DNA of 64,000 nucleotides from a virus: IMG/VR virus record IMGVR_UViG_3300037876_000116, positions 92,520 to 156,519 of that record; one strand, 5' to 3'. Shown piece by piece: positions 26,885 to 35,786 of this stretch (position 1 is its first letter; each line of letters starts with the position of its first letter). The notes under the pieces were generated by a model. It saw only the letters and a program-made list of their open reading frames with translations, ran no database searches and was not told where the DNA came from. The position numbers and the translations under genes were made by a program.

Positions 26885-28243
26885 ATGAAAGAAAATGTCA
26901 CCTTCTCAGATTATGGGAAATCCTTCCAAGAAACGCTCACTCAACTCATCTTTGAGGATAGAGGCTTCTCGGAACAAATGGAAGAAGTTTTGGATATAAA
27001 CTTCTTTGAACTTAAGTATCTTCAAGAGTTTACTAGGCTCGTATTCAATTATCGCCATAAATACGGTGTCCATCCCTCTGAGGATATCATGTCTTCTATA
27101 CTCAGAACAGAGCTTGACGAAGAAAGCGATTTAGTTAAAAAACAGATAAGAGATTATTATGCTCGATCTATCGCCTCGAAAGTACAAGATATCGAGTATA
27201 TCAAAGAAACTGCTCTTGATTTTTGCAAAAAACAAAAACTAAAAGAAGCGATGCTAAAATCTGTAAGCCTTTTACAACGCTCGTCTTTTGGGGAAATAAA
27301 AACCATTATCGATGAAGCTTTGAAGCTTGGCACAGACAGCAACTGCGGACATGATTATAAACTAGATTTTGAAGAGCGCTACATTGACCAGCCTCGCAAT
27401 CCTATCTCCACAGGCTGGTGGGAGATTGATAAAATTACTAAAGGTGGTCTAGGAAAGGGCGAACTTGGAGTGGGCGTAGCTGCTACAGGCGCAGGAAAGT
27501 CCATGGCTCTCGTACACTTGGGAGCCTCTGCCCTCAAAGCCGGTATGAATGTTGTACACTACACTCTAGAACTTTCAGAGCCGGTAGTGGGTCTTCGCTA
27601 TGATAGTTGTTTGAGCGGCGTCCCTATTGGAGACTTGAAACAATATAAAGATATGGTCCATGAAACTTGCTCCGATGTAGAAGGAAATTTAATTATTAAA
27701 GAATATCCTACAAAATCCGCATCGCCTAATACGATTAGGGCTCACCTTGCTAAGGTCACGAAAAGAAACCCGAATATTGATATGATTATTGTTGACTACG
27801 GAGACCTGTTAAAGCCTACTTCAAGTTTTAGAGAAAAAAGAAATGAGTTAGAGTCTATTTACGAAGAACTCAGAGGAATAGCGCAAGAATATGAGTGCCC
27901 CCTCTGGACAGTATCGCAAACTAATAGGTCGGGATTGAACACAGAAATCATAACAATGGAATCTATCTCTGAAGCATTCAGTAAGTGCTTTGTAGCCGAT
28001 TTTATCTTTTCTCTTTCTCGCACAATCAAACATAAGAACGAAAACTCTGGTCGCGTATTTGTGGCTAAGAACCGTAATGGTCCTGATGGCTTGGTTTATC
28101 CTATTTTTATGGATACGGCGAATGTAAGGATTAATGTTTTACCCCAAACAGATGAAACAGTTGAAAGCATCAATAATCAATCTTTGCTTGATCAACAAAA
28201 ATCCTTAAAAGAAAAATATAAAAAACACCGATCACAAAAATAA
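26885..28243 (+). CDS. Replicative DnaB/gp41-like helicase
   Basis: Walker A ATGAGKS, HYTLE, IIVDYGDLL, SQTNRSG, KNRNGPDG. Confidence 0.92.
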   Translation: MKENVTFSDYGKSFQETLTQLIFEDRGFSEQMEEVLDINFFELKYLQEFTRLVFNYRHKYGVHPSEDIMSSILRTELDEESDLVKKQIRDYYARSIASKVQDIEYIKETALDFCKKQKLKEAMLKSVSLLQRSSFGEIKTIIDEALKLGTDSNCGHDYKLDFEERYIDQPRNPISTGWWEIDKITKGGLGKGELGVGVAATGAGKSMALVHLGASALKAGMNVVHYTLELSEPVVGLRYDSCLSGVPIGDLKQYKDMVHETCSDVEGNLIIKEYPTKSASPNTIRAHLAKVTKRNPNIDMIIVDYGDLLKPTSSFREKRNELESIYEELRGIAQEYECPLWTVSQTNRSGLNTEIITMESISEAFSKCFVADFIFSLSRTIKHKNENSGRVFVAKNRNGPDGLVYPIFMDTANVRINVLPQTDETVESINNQSLLDQQKSLKEKYKKHRSQK

Positions 28244-28254
28244 AGGATTTAGCC

Positions 28255-30111
28255 ATGGATGTAGCGAACGAAATTTTATCAGATATTACCGTGCACATGA
28301 AGTATGCACGCTATCTGCCCAAGAAAGAAAGACGAGAAACTTGGAAAGAGCTTGTTACCAGAAACAAGAAGATGCATCTAAAAAAATATCCTGAACTGAA
28401 GGAAGAAATCAATCAGGCGTATAAGTACGTCTATGATAAAAAAGTTCTCCCTTCTATGCGTTCTATGCAATTTGGCGGGAAACCCATTGAGGTTGCTCCT
28501 AACCGTATTTACAACTGTGCTTATCTCCCTGTTGATGATTGGAGATCTTTTTCTGAAGCTATGTTCCTCCTTCTTGGCGGCACTGGCGTGGGTTATTCCG
28601 TTCAAAAACACCACGTTGAAAAACTACCTGAAATCCAGAAACCAAACGCTAAACGATCTAGACGATACCTAATCAACGATTCCATCGAAGGATGGGCTGA
28701 TGCTGTTAAACATCTTGTAAGATCTTACTTTTACGGTGGCTCTCGTCTTCGATTTGACTTCTCAGACATTAGACCAAAAGGCGCAAAGCTCGTTACATCC
28801 GGCGGCAAAGCACCAGGTCCACAGCCTCTCAAGGAATGTCTACTGAAAGTAGAAGGTATCCTTAGCCACAAGGAGAACGGTGATAAACTTACCACGGTGG
28901 AAGTCCATGATGTTGTATGTCACATTGCTGACGCTGTACTTGCCGGTGGTATTCGTCGCGCTGCTCTTATCTCTCTTTTTAGTGCCGACGATGACGAGAT
29001 GCTTGCCGCGAAAGCAGGAAACTGGTGGGAACAAAACCCACAAAGAGGACGAGCAAACAACTCTGTTGTCTTGATGAGACACAGAATAACAAAAGATTAT
29101 TTTTTAGAACTGTGGGACCGAGTAAAGGCATCAGGCTCAGGAGAACCAGGGTTCTATTTCACCAACGATAAAGACTGGGGAACTAATCCTTGCTGCGAAA
29201 TCGCCCTTCGCCCTTACCAGTTCTGTAATCTGTGCGAAGTAAACGTCAGCAACGTAGAGACGCAAGAAGAGCTAAATGCCCGTGTTGCAGCCGCAGCTTT
29301 CATCGGCACACTCCAAGCAGGCTATACAGACTTTCACTACCTACGTGATGTATGGCGCAGGACCACCGAGAAAGATGCCCTTATAGGCGTTTCCATGACG
29401 GGTATAGCCTCTGGTAAGGTTCTAGAGCTAGATGCGTCAGAGGCAGCAAAAGTTGTTAAACAAGAGAATGCCCGAGTAGCCAAACTTATGGACATCAACC
29501 CAGCAGCAAGAACCACTTGCGTAAAACCTGCTGGAACAACCTCTCTTACGCTTGGTACATCTTCTGGTATTCATGCTTGGCACAGTGACTACTATGTGCG
29601 TCGTATCAGAGTAGGTAAGAACGAACCAATTTACACATACCTATCGATAAATCATCCCAACTTAATCGAAGATGAATATTTCCGTCCACATGATACGGCA
29701 GTTATTTCAGTTCCTCAACGAGCCCCAGAAGGCTCCATTACTCGCTCCGAGAGCGCCCTACAACTTTTAAAAAGGGTGAAACAAGTAAGCCAGGATTGGA
29801 TTAAGCCAGGTCATAGTAAAGGACAGAATACTCACAACGTCTCAGCGACGATTTCTATCAAAGAATCTGAGTGGATTGATGTAGGTGATTGGATGTGGGA
29901 GAATAGATCTTGTTATAATGGTCTATCAGTCTTGCCTCACGATGGAGGAACTTATGTCCAAGCACCCTTTGAAGAGTGCTCCAGAGAAAAATACGAAGCA
30001 CTTATGGAAGATTTAAGTGAAGTTGATTTAACAAAAGTAGTAGAGTTAGACGACAACACAGACCTTAAAGGCGAGCAAGCATGCTCTGCTGGCGGGTGCG
30101 AAGTAATTTAA
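28255..30111 (+). CDS. nrdJ: Class II (B12-dependent) ribonucleoside-triphosphate reductase, monomeric type
   Basis: PSMRSMQFGG, YNCAY, GGTGVG, GTNPCCEI, CNLCEVN, TTCVKPAGT, C-terminal CSAGGCE. Confidence 0.92.
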   Translation: MDVANEILSDITVHMKYARYLPKKERRETWKELVTRNKKMHLKKYPELKEEINQAYKYVYDKKVLPSMRSMQFGGKPIEVAPNRIYNCAYLPVDDWRSFSEAMFLLLGGTGVGYSVQKHHVEKLPEIQKPNAKRSRRYLINDSIEGWADAVKHLVRSYFYGGSRLRFDFSDIRPKGAKLVTSGGKAPGPQPLKECLLKVEGILSHKENGDKLTTVEVHDVVCHIADAVLAGGIRRAALISLFSADDDEMLAAKAGNWWEQNPQRGRANNSVVLMRHRITKDYFLELWDRVKASGSGEPGFYFTNDKDWGTNPCCEIALRPYQFCNLCEVNVSNVETQEELNARVAAAAFIGTLQAGYTDFHYLRDVWRRTTEKDALIGVSMTGIASGKVLELDASEAAKVVKQENARVAKLMDINPAARTTCVKPAGTTSLTLGTSSGIHAWHSDYYVRRIRVGKNEPIYTYLSINHPNLIEDEYFRPHDTAVISVPQRAPEGSITRSESALQLLKRVKQVSQDWIKPGHSKGQNTHNVSATISIKESEWIDVGDWMWENRSCYNGLSVLPHDGGTYVQAPFEECSREKYEALMEDLSEVDLTKVVELDDNTDLKGEQACSAGGCEVI

Positions 30112-30114
30112 TAC

Positions 30115-30142
30115 TTGAACATCCGAAAATAGTGCTTATAAT
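30115..30142 (+). promoter_or_regulatory. Promoter TTGAAC-16-TATAAT
   Basis: Recurrent promoter architecture. Confidence 0.7.
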
Positions 30143-30171
30143 AAACTTATCATTTTCAACAGGAGAGACTT

Positions 30172-30426
30172 ATGTCCGATCAAGATAAAACAAAAGAAAA
30201 ATATGTAGTTGATTTCATCAAGGCGTTCGACGAGAACGAACGAGCGATGGAACCTTTCAAAGAACACCGCCGAGACCTCCGCAAGAACTATGTCGAGAAC
30301 GGTTGGTTATCAAAAGATGAAATGAAACAAGCTGTTCGTGCTTACCGAATGCTTCAGCAAGACGAAGACTTTAGCACATTGCAAGACATCTATGACCGCC
30401 TCCGCACGTCTTTGGGGGTATTCTAA
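30172..30426 (+). CDS. Small dsDNA-binding protein (T4 DsbA/GapR-like)
   Basis: 84 aa, helical; KE.RRDLRK.Y.E.G.LSK.EMK.AVR pattern. Confidence 0.45.
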   Translation: MSDQDKTKEKYVVDFIKAFDENERAMEPFKEHRRDLRKNYVENGWLSKDEMKQAVRAYRMLQQDEDFSTLQDIYDRLRTSLGVF

Positions 30427-30722
30427 TGACCCCTTTAAACCGATTTTTACTTATCGAGCCAATGGACGAGAAGGAACAAGAACAAGAAAGTTTTGTTCTT
30501 GTTCCTGATTCATACCAACCAAAATCACCTTATGTTCAAGCAAAAGTGCTAGATTTTGCTCATGATTGTAAAATAAAAGTAAGAAAAAATCAGATTGTTG
30601 TAGTAGACAATAGCATGATACAAGAGATTGAAATCAATAAGAAAACAAACTTTGTGGTTTTAGAAAACTACGTCGTTGGGCTTGTCGAGATTCCTCTCAA
30701 AGAGGTTTTAAAGAGATCTTAA
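30426..30722 (+). CDS. groES: Co-chaperonin GroES-like
   Basis: 98 aa; MTPLNRFLLIEP start, central VLD..H..K, C-terminal VLENYVVG. Confidence 0.65.
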   Translation: MTPLNRFLLIEPMDEKEQEQESFVLVPDSYQPKSPYVQAKVLDFAHDCKIKVRKNQIVVVDNSMIQEIEINKKTNFVVLENYVVGLVEIPLKEVLKRS

Positions 30723-30723
30723 C

Positions 30724-30731
30724 TCTAGTTA
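30724..30731 (+). promoter_or_regulatory. Putative late motif TCTAGTTA
   Basis: Variant of the recurrent motif. Confidence 0.4.
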
Positions 30732-30748
30732 TTGAGTAGGACATTCTT

Positions 30749-31333
30749 ATGAATACCTTATTATCTACCATACTTTCCGTAACGATTCTAGGTGGTTATC
30801 CACAGGATAACAACATTTCTAAAGACCTTTACTATAGCTATTTGCCTATCGTAGATCAGGCAACTTACAACTGTAGAGGTGCAAAAGCAGAAAATGTTGA
30901 CGTCCAGTTGCTTTGGGATTTGGTTAAAATTGAAGCCAAATACAATCCTCCCGAAGAACTAAAAGGTATGCTTCTAGCAGCCGCTTGTAGTGAGTCAGGT
31001 TACAATCCGAAAGCCCTTGGCGACTTTAAAAATAAGCGCCCTAGAGCAAAGGGCATTCTTCAGCATTGGAAATGGGTTGAGAAATACGGTGTAAACCGTT
31101 TCAAACCCATGGAAGCTGCTGATTTTTGGATGAAGCATGTGACTAGCCAACTTAAAAAAGTTAAAAGAAAGTGTAGGTTCCGATCCGAAAGGAAGCTGTG
31201 GGTCGCAGCTTGGGTTACCTCTATTAGGTATCCCAAACCAGAGGGAAGATGTTGCGAGAAACCTTTACATTTAAGGAAATTAAAAAAATGGAAAAGGAAC
31301 ATCAAGAAGAACAACTTAACCACGGGCTGCTAG
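30749..31333 (+). CDS. Lytic transglycosylase-like (SLT-fold) protein with hydrophobic N-terminus
   Basis: LLAAACSESGYNPKALGD..AKGILQ; N-terminal LLSTILSVTILGG. Confidence 0.6.
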   Translation: MNTLLSTILSVTILGGYPQDNNISKDLYYSYLPIVDQATYNCRGAKAENVDVQLLWDLVKIEAKYNPPEELKGMLLAAACSESGYNPKALGDFKNKRPRAKGILQHWKWVEKYGVNRFKPMEAADFWMKHVTSQLKKVKRKCRFRSERKLWVAAWVTSIRYPKPEGRCCEKPLHLRKLKKWKRNIKKNNLTTGC

Positions 31334-32148
31334 TACCACATATCTTCTTCGCTGAAGAGATAGTTATAGGAGGCAACTTAAATGCTTACATCTACGCAAA
31401 TGAAAAAAATACTCATATCATCCACAATACTTTGGACAACGTTTATTCTTACGACACCAACAGCTTTGGTTATGATTTGGGGATAGGCTCTCCTTTCGAG
31501 GAGGGCTCAAAAACAGAGGATTTGCTAGACGCTTTATCTTATAAGTTGGCTTTTACCGGCAAAGCACCATTTGCCGATAAGGTTTCGTCCATCCGTCTGG
31601 AGGACAACAAAACTCTTAAAGTGACTACACATAATGCTCGCGTCTTTAGGGTCAAATATAACAAGTTAAGAATTTTTGATACAACAAATGTCTTTGACCT
31701 ACCCTTCTTGCCTGAAAAGGTAACGAAGGGTTTTCGCGTTTTCGATTGGTTCGATGTTCACCACGGCACCAAACATGAGTTTGATTTCTTAGAAGACAAC
31801 AACTCCGATCTGGTAAACAAGGTGCGCTTTTACATTTCTTCCAGGGCTGTTAACGAATGTCCTCTGAAAGACTTGGTAGCAGAATCTTATTTAAACAGCC
31901 AACAACTACGCGACCCTGAATACTCAGACACATACGCTCGATTAAAAGTTCTTTCTATGATGAAAGAAGCAGGTATAAGTGGACCCTTAAATGGCAAAGA
32001 CAGGTATGGTAATATAAGACACCGACCTTTAAAGATTAGCTTAAGCAATCGAGAAGTCATTCCCGACACAGAAATAAAAAGCATGGAATGTGGAGATATT
32101 ATAGTTGACGGTAGAAGTACAGAAGAGATCCTCCCACGGAGGTCCTAA
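31288..32148 (+). CDS. Hypothetical protein with a degenerate Rossmann-like start
   Basis: Likely ATG at 31288; IVIGGNLNAYIYA. Confidence 0.55.
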   Translation: MEKEHQEEQLNHGLLVPHIFFAEEIVIGGNLNAYIYANEKNTHIIHNTLDNVYSYDTNSFGYDLGIGSPFEEGSKTEDLLDALSYKLAFTGKAPFADKVSSIRLEDNKTLKVTTHNARVFRVKYNKLRIFDTTNVFDLPFLPEKVTKGFRVFDWFDVHHGTKHEFDFLEDNNSDLVNKVRFYISSRAVNECPLKDLVAESYLNSQQLRDPEYSDTYARLKVLSMMKEAGISGPLNGKDRYGNIRHRPLKISLSNREVIPDTEIKSMECGDIIVDGRSTEEILPRRS

Positions 32149-32959
32149 CTTTCACTTATCAGGCATTATTCCTGCTTCTCACCCTTCCCTTGGGTTTGAG
32201 ATGCCTTGGTCTGATGTTATGATGCCCATAGCGCCTAACTATGTAGCCATAGAACGCGCCGTAGTAGAGTGTGCATACGCTGGGTGCGAAACAATCTGGA
32301 TTGTGTGTAGCGACGACATAGAGCCTCTTATAAGGAAGCGCCTTGGAGATTACATTCAAGACCCTGTTATGCTTTATCGTCACTTTGATGACTTTCTTTA
32401 CGACAAGACCCTTCGTCAAAAGCCTATTCCAATCTATTATGTCCCTATTTCTGTCCACGACAGAAACCACAAAGACTCAATGGGTTGGGCTTCTCTTCAC
32501 GGGGCTTTTACTTGTCACAAGATCACAAGAAACATTAGTCGTTGGTTAAAACCAGACATGTTTTATTTCGCTTTTCCCTTTGGAATCTATAACATAGGGT
32601 TTTTACGAGAACACAGAAAAAAGATTTCTTCAAAAAAGAACTTTTTTTTGGAGTTTGGAGGAGAGACAATACTAAATAATAAGCCGTGGGCGTTCACTTT
32701 GTCTTGGGAGCAGGTAAAAGACGTAAGACATCAATGCCTCTCAAATATTCAGTCGATTAGAGATGCTTCTTTGGAAGAAATTTTTGGTTATTTAGAACTT
32801 GGTGATTATAATACTTTGGGAATACCCGAAGCACAAGAAATAAAAGATTGGGAGACATACTGCGATTTTATTAATAACCTCGGTAGGAAAATGAGAAGAC
32901 CCACAGAAAGAATACTTAAATATAGAGAATTTAAGGGCATACCGCAAGAAGAAGACTAA
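32105..32959 (+). CDS. Degenerate nucleotidyltransferase-like protein
   Basis: GIIPA...MMPIA...IERAVVECAYAGCETIWIV resembles the NTP_transferase fold but lacks the G-x-G-T-R loop; start uncertain. Confidence 0.45.
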   Translation: MTVEVQKRSSHGGPNFHLSGIIPASHPSLGFEMPWSDVMMPIAPNYVAIERAVVECAYAGCETIWIVCSDDIEPLIRKRLGDYIQDPVMLYRHFDDFLYDKTLRQKPIPIYYVPISVHDRNHKDSMGWASLHGAFTCHKITRNISRWLKPDMFYFAFPFGIYNIGFLREHRKKISSKKNFFLEFGGETILNNKPWAFTLSWEQVKDVRHQCLSNIQSIRDASLEEIFGYLELGDYNTLGIPEAQEIKDWETYCDFINNLGRKMRRPTERILKYREFKGIPQEED

Positions 32960-32962
32960 TTA
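32955..32962 (+). promoter_or_regulatory. Putative late motif ACTAATTA
   Basis: 25 nt before the ATG of the Cys-rich peptide. Confidence 0.5.
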
Positions 32963-32987
32963 GTATATTCTTAGGAGGATAACAAAA

Positions 32988-33083
32988 ATGAAAAAGTTTT
33001 TACATAGACTAAGAAATCTATTTCGTGAACACTGTTGCTGCTGTTGCGCGACATGCGGTTGCACTAACTGCGCTTGCTGCTAA
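32988..33083 (+). CDS. Cys-rich peptide, 31 aa with 10 Cys (absent from the ORF track)
   Basis: MKKFLHRLRNLFREHCCCCCATCGCTNCACC; SD AGGAGG at 32973-32978; fills the intergenic gap. Confidence 0.8.
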   Translation: MKKFLHRLRNLFREHCCCCCATCGCTNCACC

Positions 33084-33101
33084 AAAAAAAGGATATAGCT
33101 A

Positions 33102-33812
33102 ATGAAAATCACTAAAACCAAACTTAAACAAATCATCAAAGAAGAGCTTGTTCAAGCTCTTAACGAGCAAACTCTTAATGAACAGGAACCTTACAATCCT
33201 CGGCAGGGACTTGATAAACCCTACTCCGATGTCGGTGCTGACAAAAAATACGCTTATACATTGAACGGGCGATTAAATAAAGGTATGGACTATAATCCTG
33301 GCTTTTTGCAGAAAATGAAAACTAAATTCGGAGGTAGAGATCCAATAGTAGATATGGCTATGAAGCGTCTCCATAATGTAGAATATGCTATGTTTTACAA
33401 AGACCTTCGCGGTTTGTCCGACGAGGAACGCGCCGAAAAACAGGCTTATAGAAATAGCAAAGAAGCCTTCAACGAGTTTTGGCAAGAAATTGAGAACTTA
33501 AAAGACACCAGGGCGCTCCGTCGTAATCAGGGCATGAGAACGTCAAAAGAACAAAGTCGCGATTATGAAAATCTTATCGCTAACGCGGAAAAACGCCGTA
33601 TTGAAATGGGCAACAGGGCTGAGGGTAGAAAAAACTATGTTGAAAAGCACCAACAAGCATTAGAACTTCAAAAAAACCGCAGGTATAAAGAAGCTAATGA
33701 GTTGATTGACGAGATTGATGCAGCCGTAAAGTCTGGAAAATTTGAAATTGTTTTGACGGCAAAAAGGGCTATGAAGACAGATGATCGCGGACGACTATTA
33801 CCAAGGAGTTAA
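33102..33812 (+). CDS. Putative head-internal protein with MKITK..IIKEE leader
   Basis: MKITKTKLKQIIKEELVQALNEQTLNE. Confidence 0.6.
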   Translation: MKITKTKLKQIIKEELVQALNEQTLNEQEPYNPRQGLDKPYSDVGADKKYAYTLNGRLNKGMDYNPGFLQKMKTKFGGRDPIVDMAMKRLHNVEYAMFYKDLRGLSDEERAEKQAYRNSKEAFNEFWQEIENLKDTRALRRNQGMRTSKEQSRDYENLIANAEKRRIEMGNRAEGRKNYVEKHQQALELQKNRRYKEANELIDEIDAAVKSGKFEIVLTAKRAMKTDDRGRLLPRS

Positions 33813-33816
33813 ACAA

Positions 33817-34143
33817 ATGAAAATCACAAAATCAAGACTTAAAGAAATCATCAAAGAAGAAGTTGAGAAAGTTCTCAAAGAAGGTTTGGAAGACTCTGAA
33901 GCAGGCTCTCGCCACTACCAGAATGTAAAAAGAAAAGAACGCATACTTAAAAAAGCTATTAAAGATGGGTTGACTTTTGATCAAGTCCAAGACAAATACA
34001 CAGAATTCTATGATTTAGATCCAGAATATTATAAACATCTAAAAACAGAGAAGCCTTCCGAGGCGCTCGAAGAAGAAGTAGACGAGACAATGGACTCGGG
34101 ATACCTATCAGAACCTAAAAATAAAAAAGATGAAGATAAGTAA
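33817..34143 (+). CDS. Putative head-internal protein with MKITK..IIKEE leader
   Basis: ATG at 33817 after SD AAGGAG; MKITKSRLKEIIKEEVEKVLKE. Confidence 0.6.
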   Translation: MKITKSRLKEIIKEEVEKVLKEGLEDSEAGSRHYQNVKRKERILKKAIKDGLTFDQVQDKYTEFYDLDPEYYKHLKTEKPSEALEEEVDETMDSGYLSEPKNKKDEDK

Positions 34144-34423
34144 AGAACATTTAAACAAGATTATTACCGAAGAAGTCCAAAGAGTTTTATCAGAGATTAG
34201 TGATGATGAGCTTGATCGGCTTCTTGCCATGGGGCGTAAAGACGAAACCCCAAAAGAGAAAATAACTCAGGTTATTGGTGACAACCCCGAAGAAGCAACC
34301 GATGCTATGTTCGACATCTTGGGTGCGGACGGGATTAAAGATGTTATGATTGCCTTGGCTCACGCTTCTGGCGACGAAGAACTATTAAACTACACCAAAA
34401 CAATGAACGAAGATAAGGAATAA
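34130..34423 (+). CDS. Putative head-internal protein with MKISK..IITEE leader
   Basis: MKISKEHLNKIITEEVQRVLSE. Confidence 0.6.
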   Translation: MKISKEHLNKIITEEVQRVLSEISDDELDRLLAMGRKDETPKEKITQVIGDNPEEATDAMFDILGADGIKDVMIALAHASGDEELLNYTKTMNEDKE

Positions 34424-34424
34424 A

Positions 34425-35273
34425 ATGAACCTTGTAGGCAACACGCCTCTTGTAAAGCTGGGCGATAAACTTTACGCTAAGTTCGAAGCATACAATCCAT
34501 CAGGTTCCATTAAGGATAGGATGGCTTCTTACATCCTCCAGAAGGCAGAAGAGAACGGCGACCTACGAGAAGGTTATACAATCGTAGAAGCATCGTCAGG
34601 CAACACAGGCATCGCTTTTGCTATGCTCGCAGCCTTAAAAGGGTACGGTTGTATTATTGTTATGCCCAACAACATGAGCGAAGAGCGAAAACAAATGATG
34701 AGAGCATTTGGCGCTCGGATTATTGAAGTTGGAGACAATGCGTTTAAAGACGCTATAAAAACAAGAGACGAACTTGTTTCTAACTTTGGAACATACTGGT
34801 CCCCACGCCAATTTAGCAATCCTTATAACATCGAGTGCCATGAGAAAACTACAGCAACAGAAATCGCCCATGCAGTTTTGGATATGCCAGCCCGCTTGTC
34901 GGCACTCGTTTCAGGTGCAGGGACAGGGGGTACTATCATGGGATGCCAAAAACAACTAAGTAGGCTGTGGAAAGAAACTAAATTTATATTGACAATGCCG
35001 GAAGAAGACGCCGCCACACATGGTATTCAAGGCATTAATGACGGCGACGATTTTTTGGTGGATAAAAGTGTTATCGATGAAGAACTTTTAGTATCTACAG
35101 AAGACGCTAAGGCAAGAGCCCGCCGCCTAGCAAAAGAAAATGGGCTACTCGTAGGTATTAGTTCAGGCGCTAATGTCCTCGCCGCCGAGCGATGGATAGA
35201 AAAAAACAATCCCACCGGAGTGGTGGTAACCTTTCTTTGTGATAGAGGAGAAAGGTATTTGAGTTGTATGTAA
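34425..35273 (+). CDS. cysK: Cysteine synthase family PLP enzyme (CysK/CysM)
   Basis: VGNTPLVKL, NPSGSIKDR (PLP Lys), EASSGNTG, GAGTGGT, HGIQGI, GISSGAN, DRGERYLS. Confidence 0.9.
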   Translation: MNLVGNTPLVKLGDKLYAKFEAYNPSGSIKDRMASYILQKAEENGDLREGYTIVEASSGNTGIAFAMLAALKGYGCIIVMPNNMSEERKQMMRAFGARIIEVGDNAFKDAIKTRDELVSNFGTYWSPRQFSNPYNIECHEKTTATEIAHAVLDMPARLSALVSGAGTGGTIMGCQKQLSRLWKETKFILTMPEEDAATHGIQGINDGDDFLVDKSVIDEELLVSTEDAKARARRLAKENGLLVGISSGANVLAAERWIEKNNPTGVVVTFLCDRGERYLSCM

Positions 35274-35280
35274 CTATTTA
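35273..35280 (+). promoter_or_regulatory. Putative late motif ACTATTTA
   Basis: Recurrent motif. Confidence 0.55.
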
Positions 35281-35300
35281 ATAAAGACGGAGATTTATAA

Positions 35301-35621
35301 ATGAAGTTGGATGAGTTAAGAAAAATGGTAAAAAAAGTACTGCAAGAGCAAGATTTTAAATGGGACGATGTTCTAAAAACGAAGCCTCAAGCAAAAGTGC
35401 TCCCTCGTGATCCAGCACAATCAGCAAAAGACACTGGAGTCCCAGAGAAAAAATATAATCCAGTAACCGATAATCGCATCGATGCGACCTCGGACGAAGC
35501 TGCCAAAGCAGAGCTTAAAGCTTTAACCAGAGCATCAGGATTTGTCCCCGGTAAACGATATGTTGCCAAGGACGCAGAAGGTTACTTCATTCGCACACTT
35601 GTAGATACCCGACGAACCTAG
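35301..35621 (+). CDS. Hypothetical protein, putative head-internal
   Basis: MKLDELRKMVKKVLQE leader; late motif upstream. Confidence 0.55.
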   Translation: MKLDELRKMVKKVLQEQDFKWDDVLKTKPQAKVLPRDPAQSAKDTGVPEKKYNPVTDNRIDATSDEAAKAELKALTRASGFVPGKRYVAKDAEGYFIRTLVDTRRT

Positions 35622-35636
35622 AAGGAAAAAAGTTGG

Positions 35637-35726
35637 ATGAATGTAATGGCAGGATTAGGAATGCTTATTGTAATGAGCCTTTTTATGCTGCTAGTGATTA
35701 TTCCTCAACACGAAGATGACGAGTAA
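35637..35726 (+). CDS. Small single-pass membrane peptide (29 aa)
   Basis: MNVMAGLGMLIVMSLFMLLVIIPQHEDDE; upstream AAGGA. Confidence 0.45.
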   Translation: MNVMAGLGMLIVMSLFMLLVIIPQHEDDE

Positions 35727-35733
35727 TTTTTAC

Positions 35734-35761
35734 TTGAATAGTGACTAAATGCGCTTATAAT
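35734..35761 (+). promoter_or_regulatory. Promoter TTGAAT-16-TATAAT
   Basis: Recurrent promoter architecture, upstream of dnaE. Confidence 0.7.
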
Positions 35762-35786
35762 ATAGGCAAACTTTTAGGAGACTGTT

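Noticed and set aside
32988-33083. Firm call of a TOMM/streptolysin-like bacteriocin cluster
   Set aside because: There is no cyclodehydratase, dehydrogenase, protease or transporter nearby. It is kept only as one hypothesis for the peptide.
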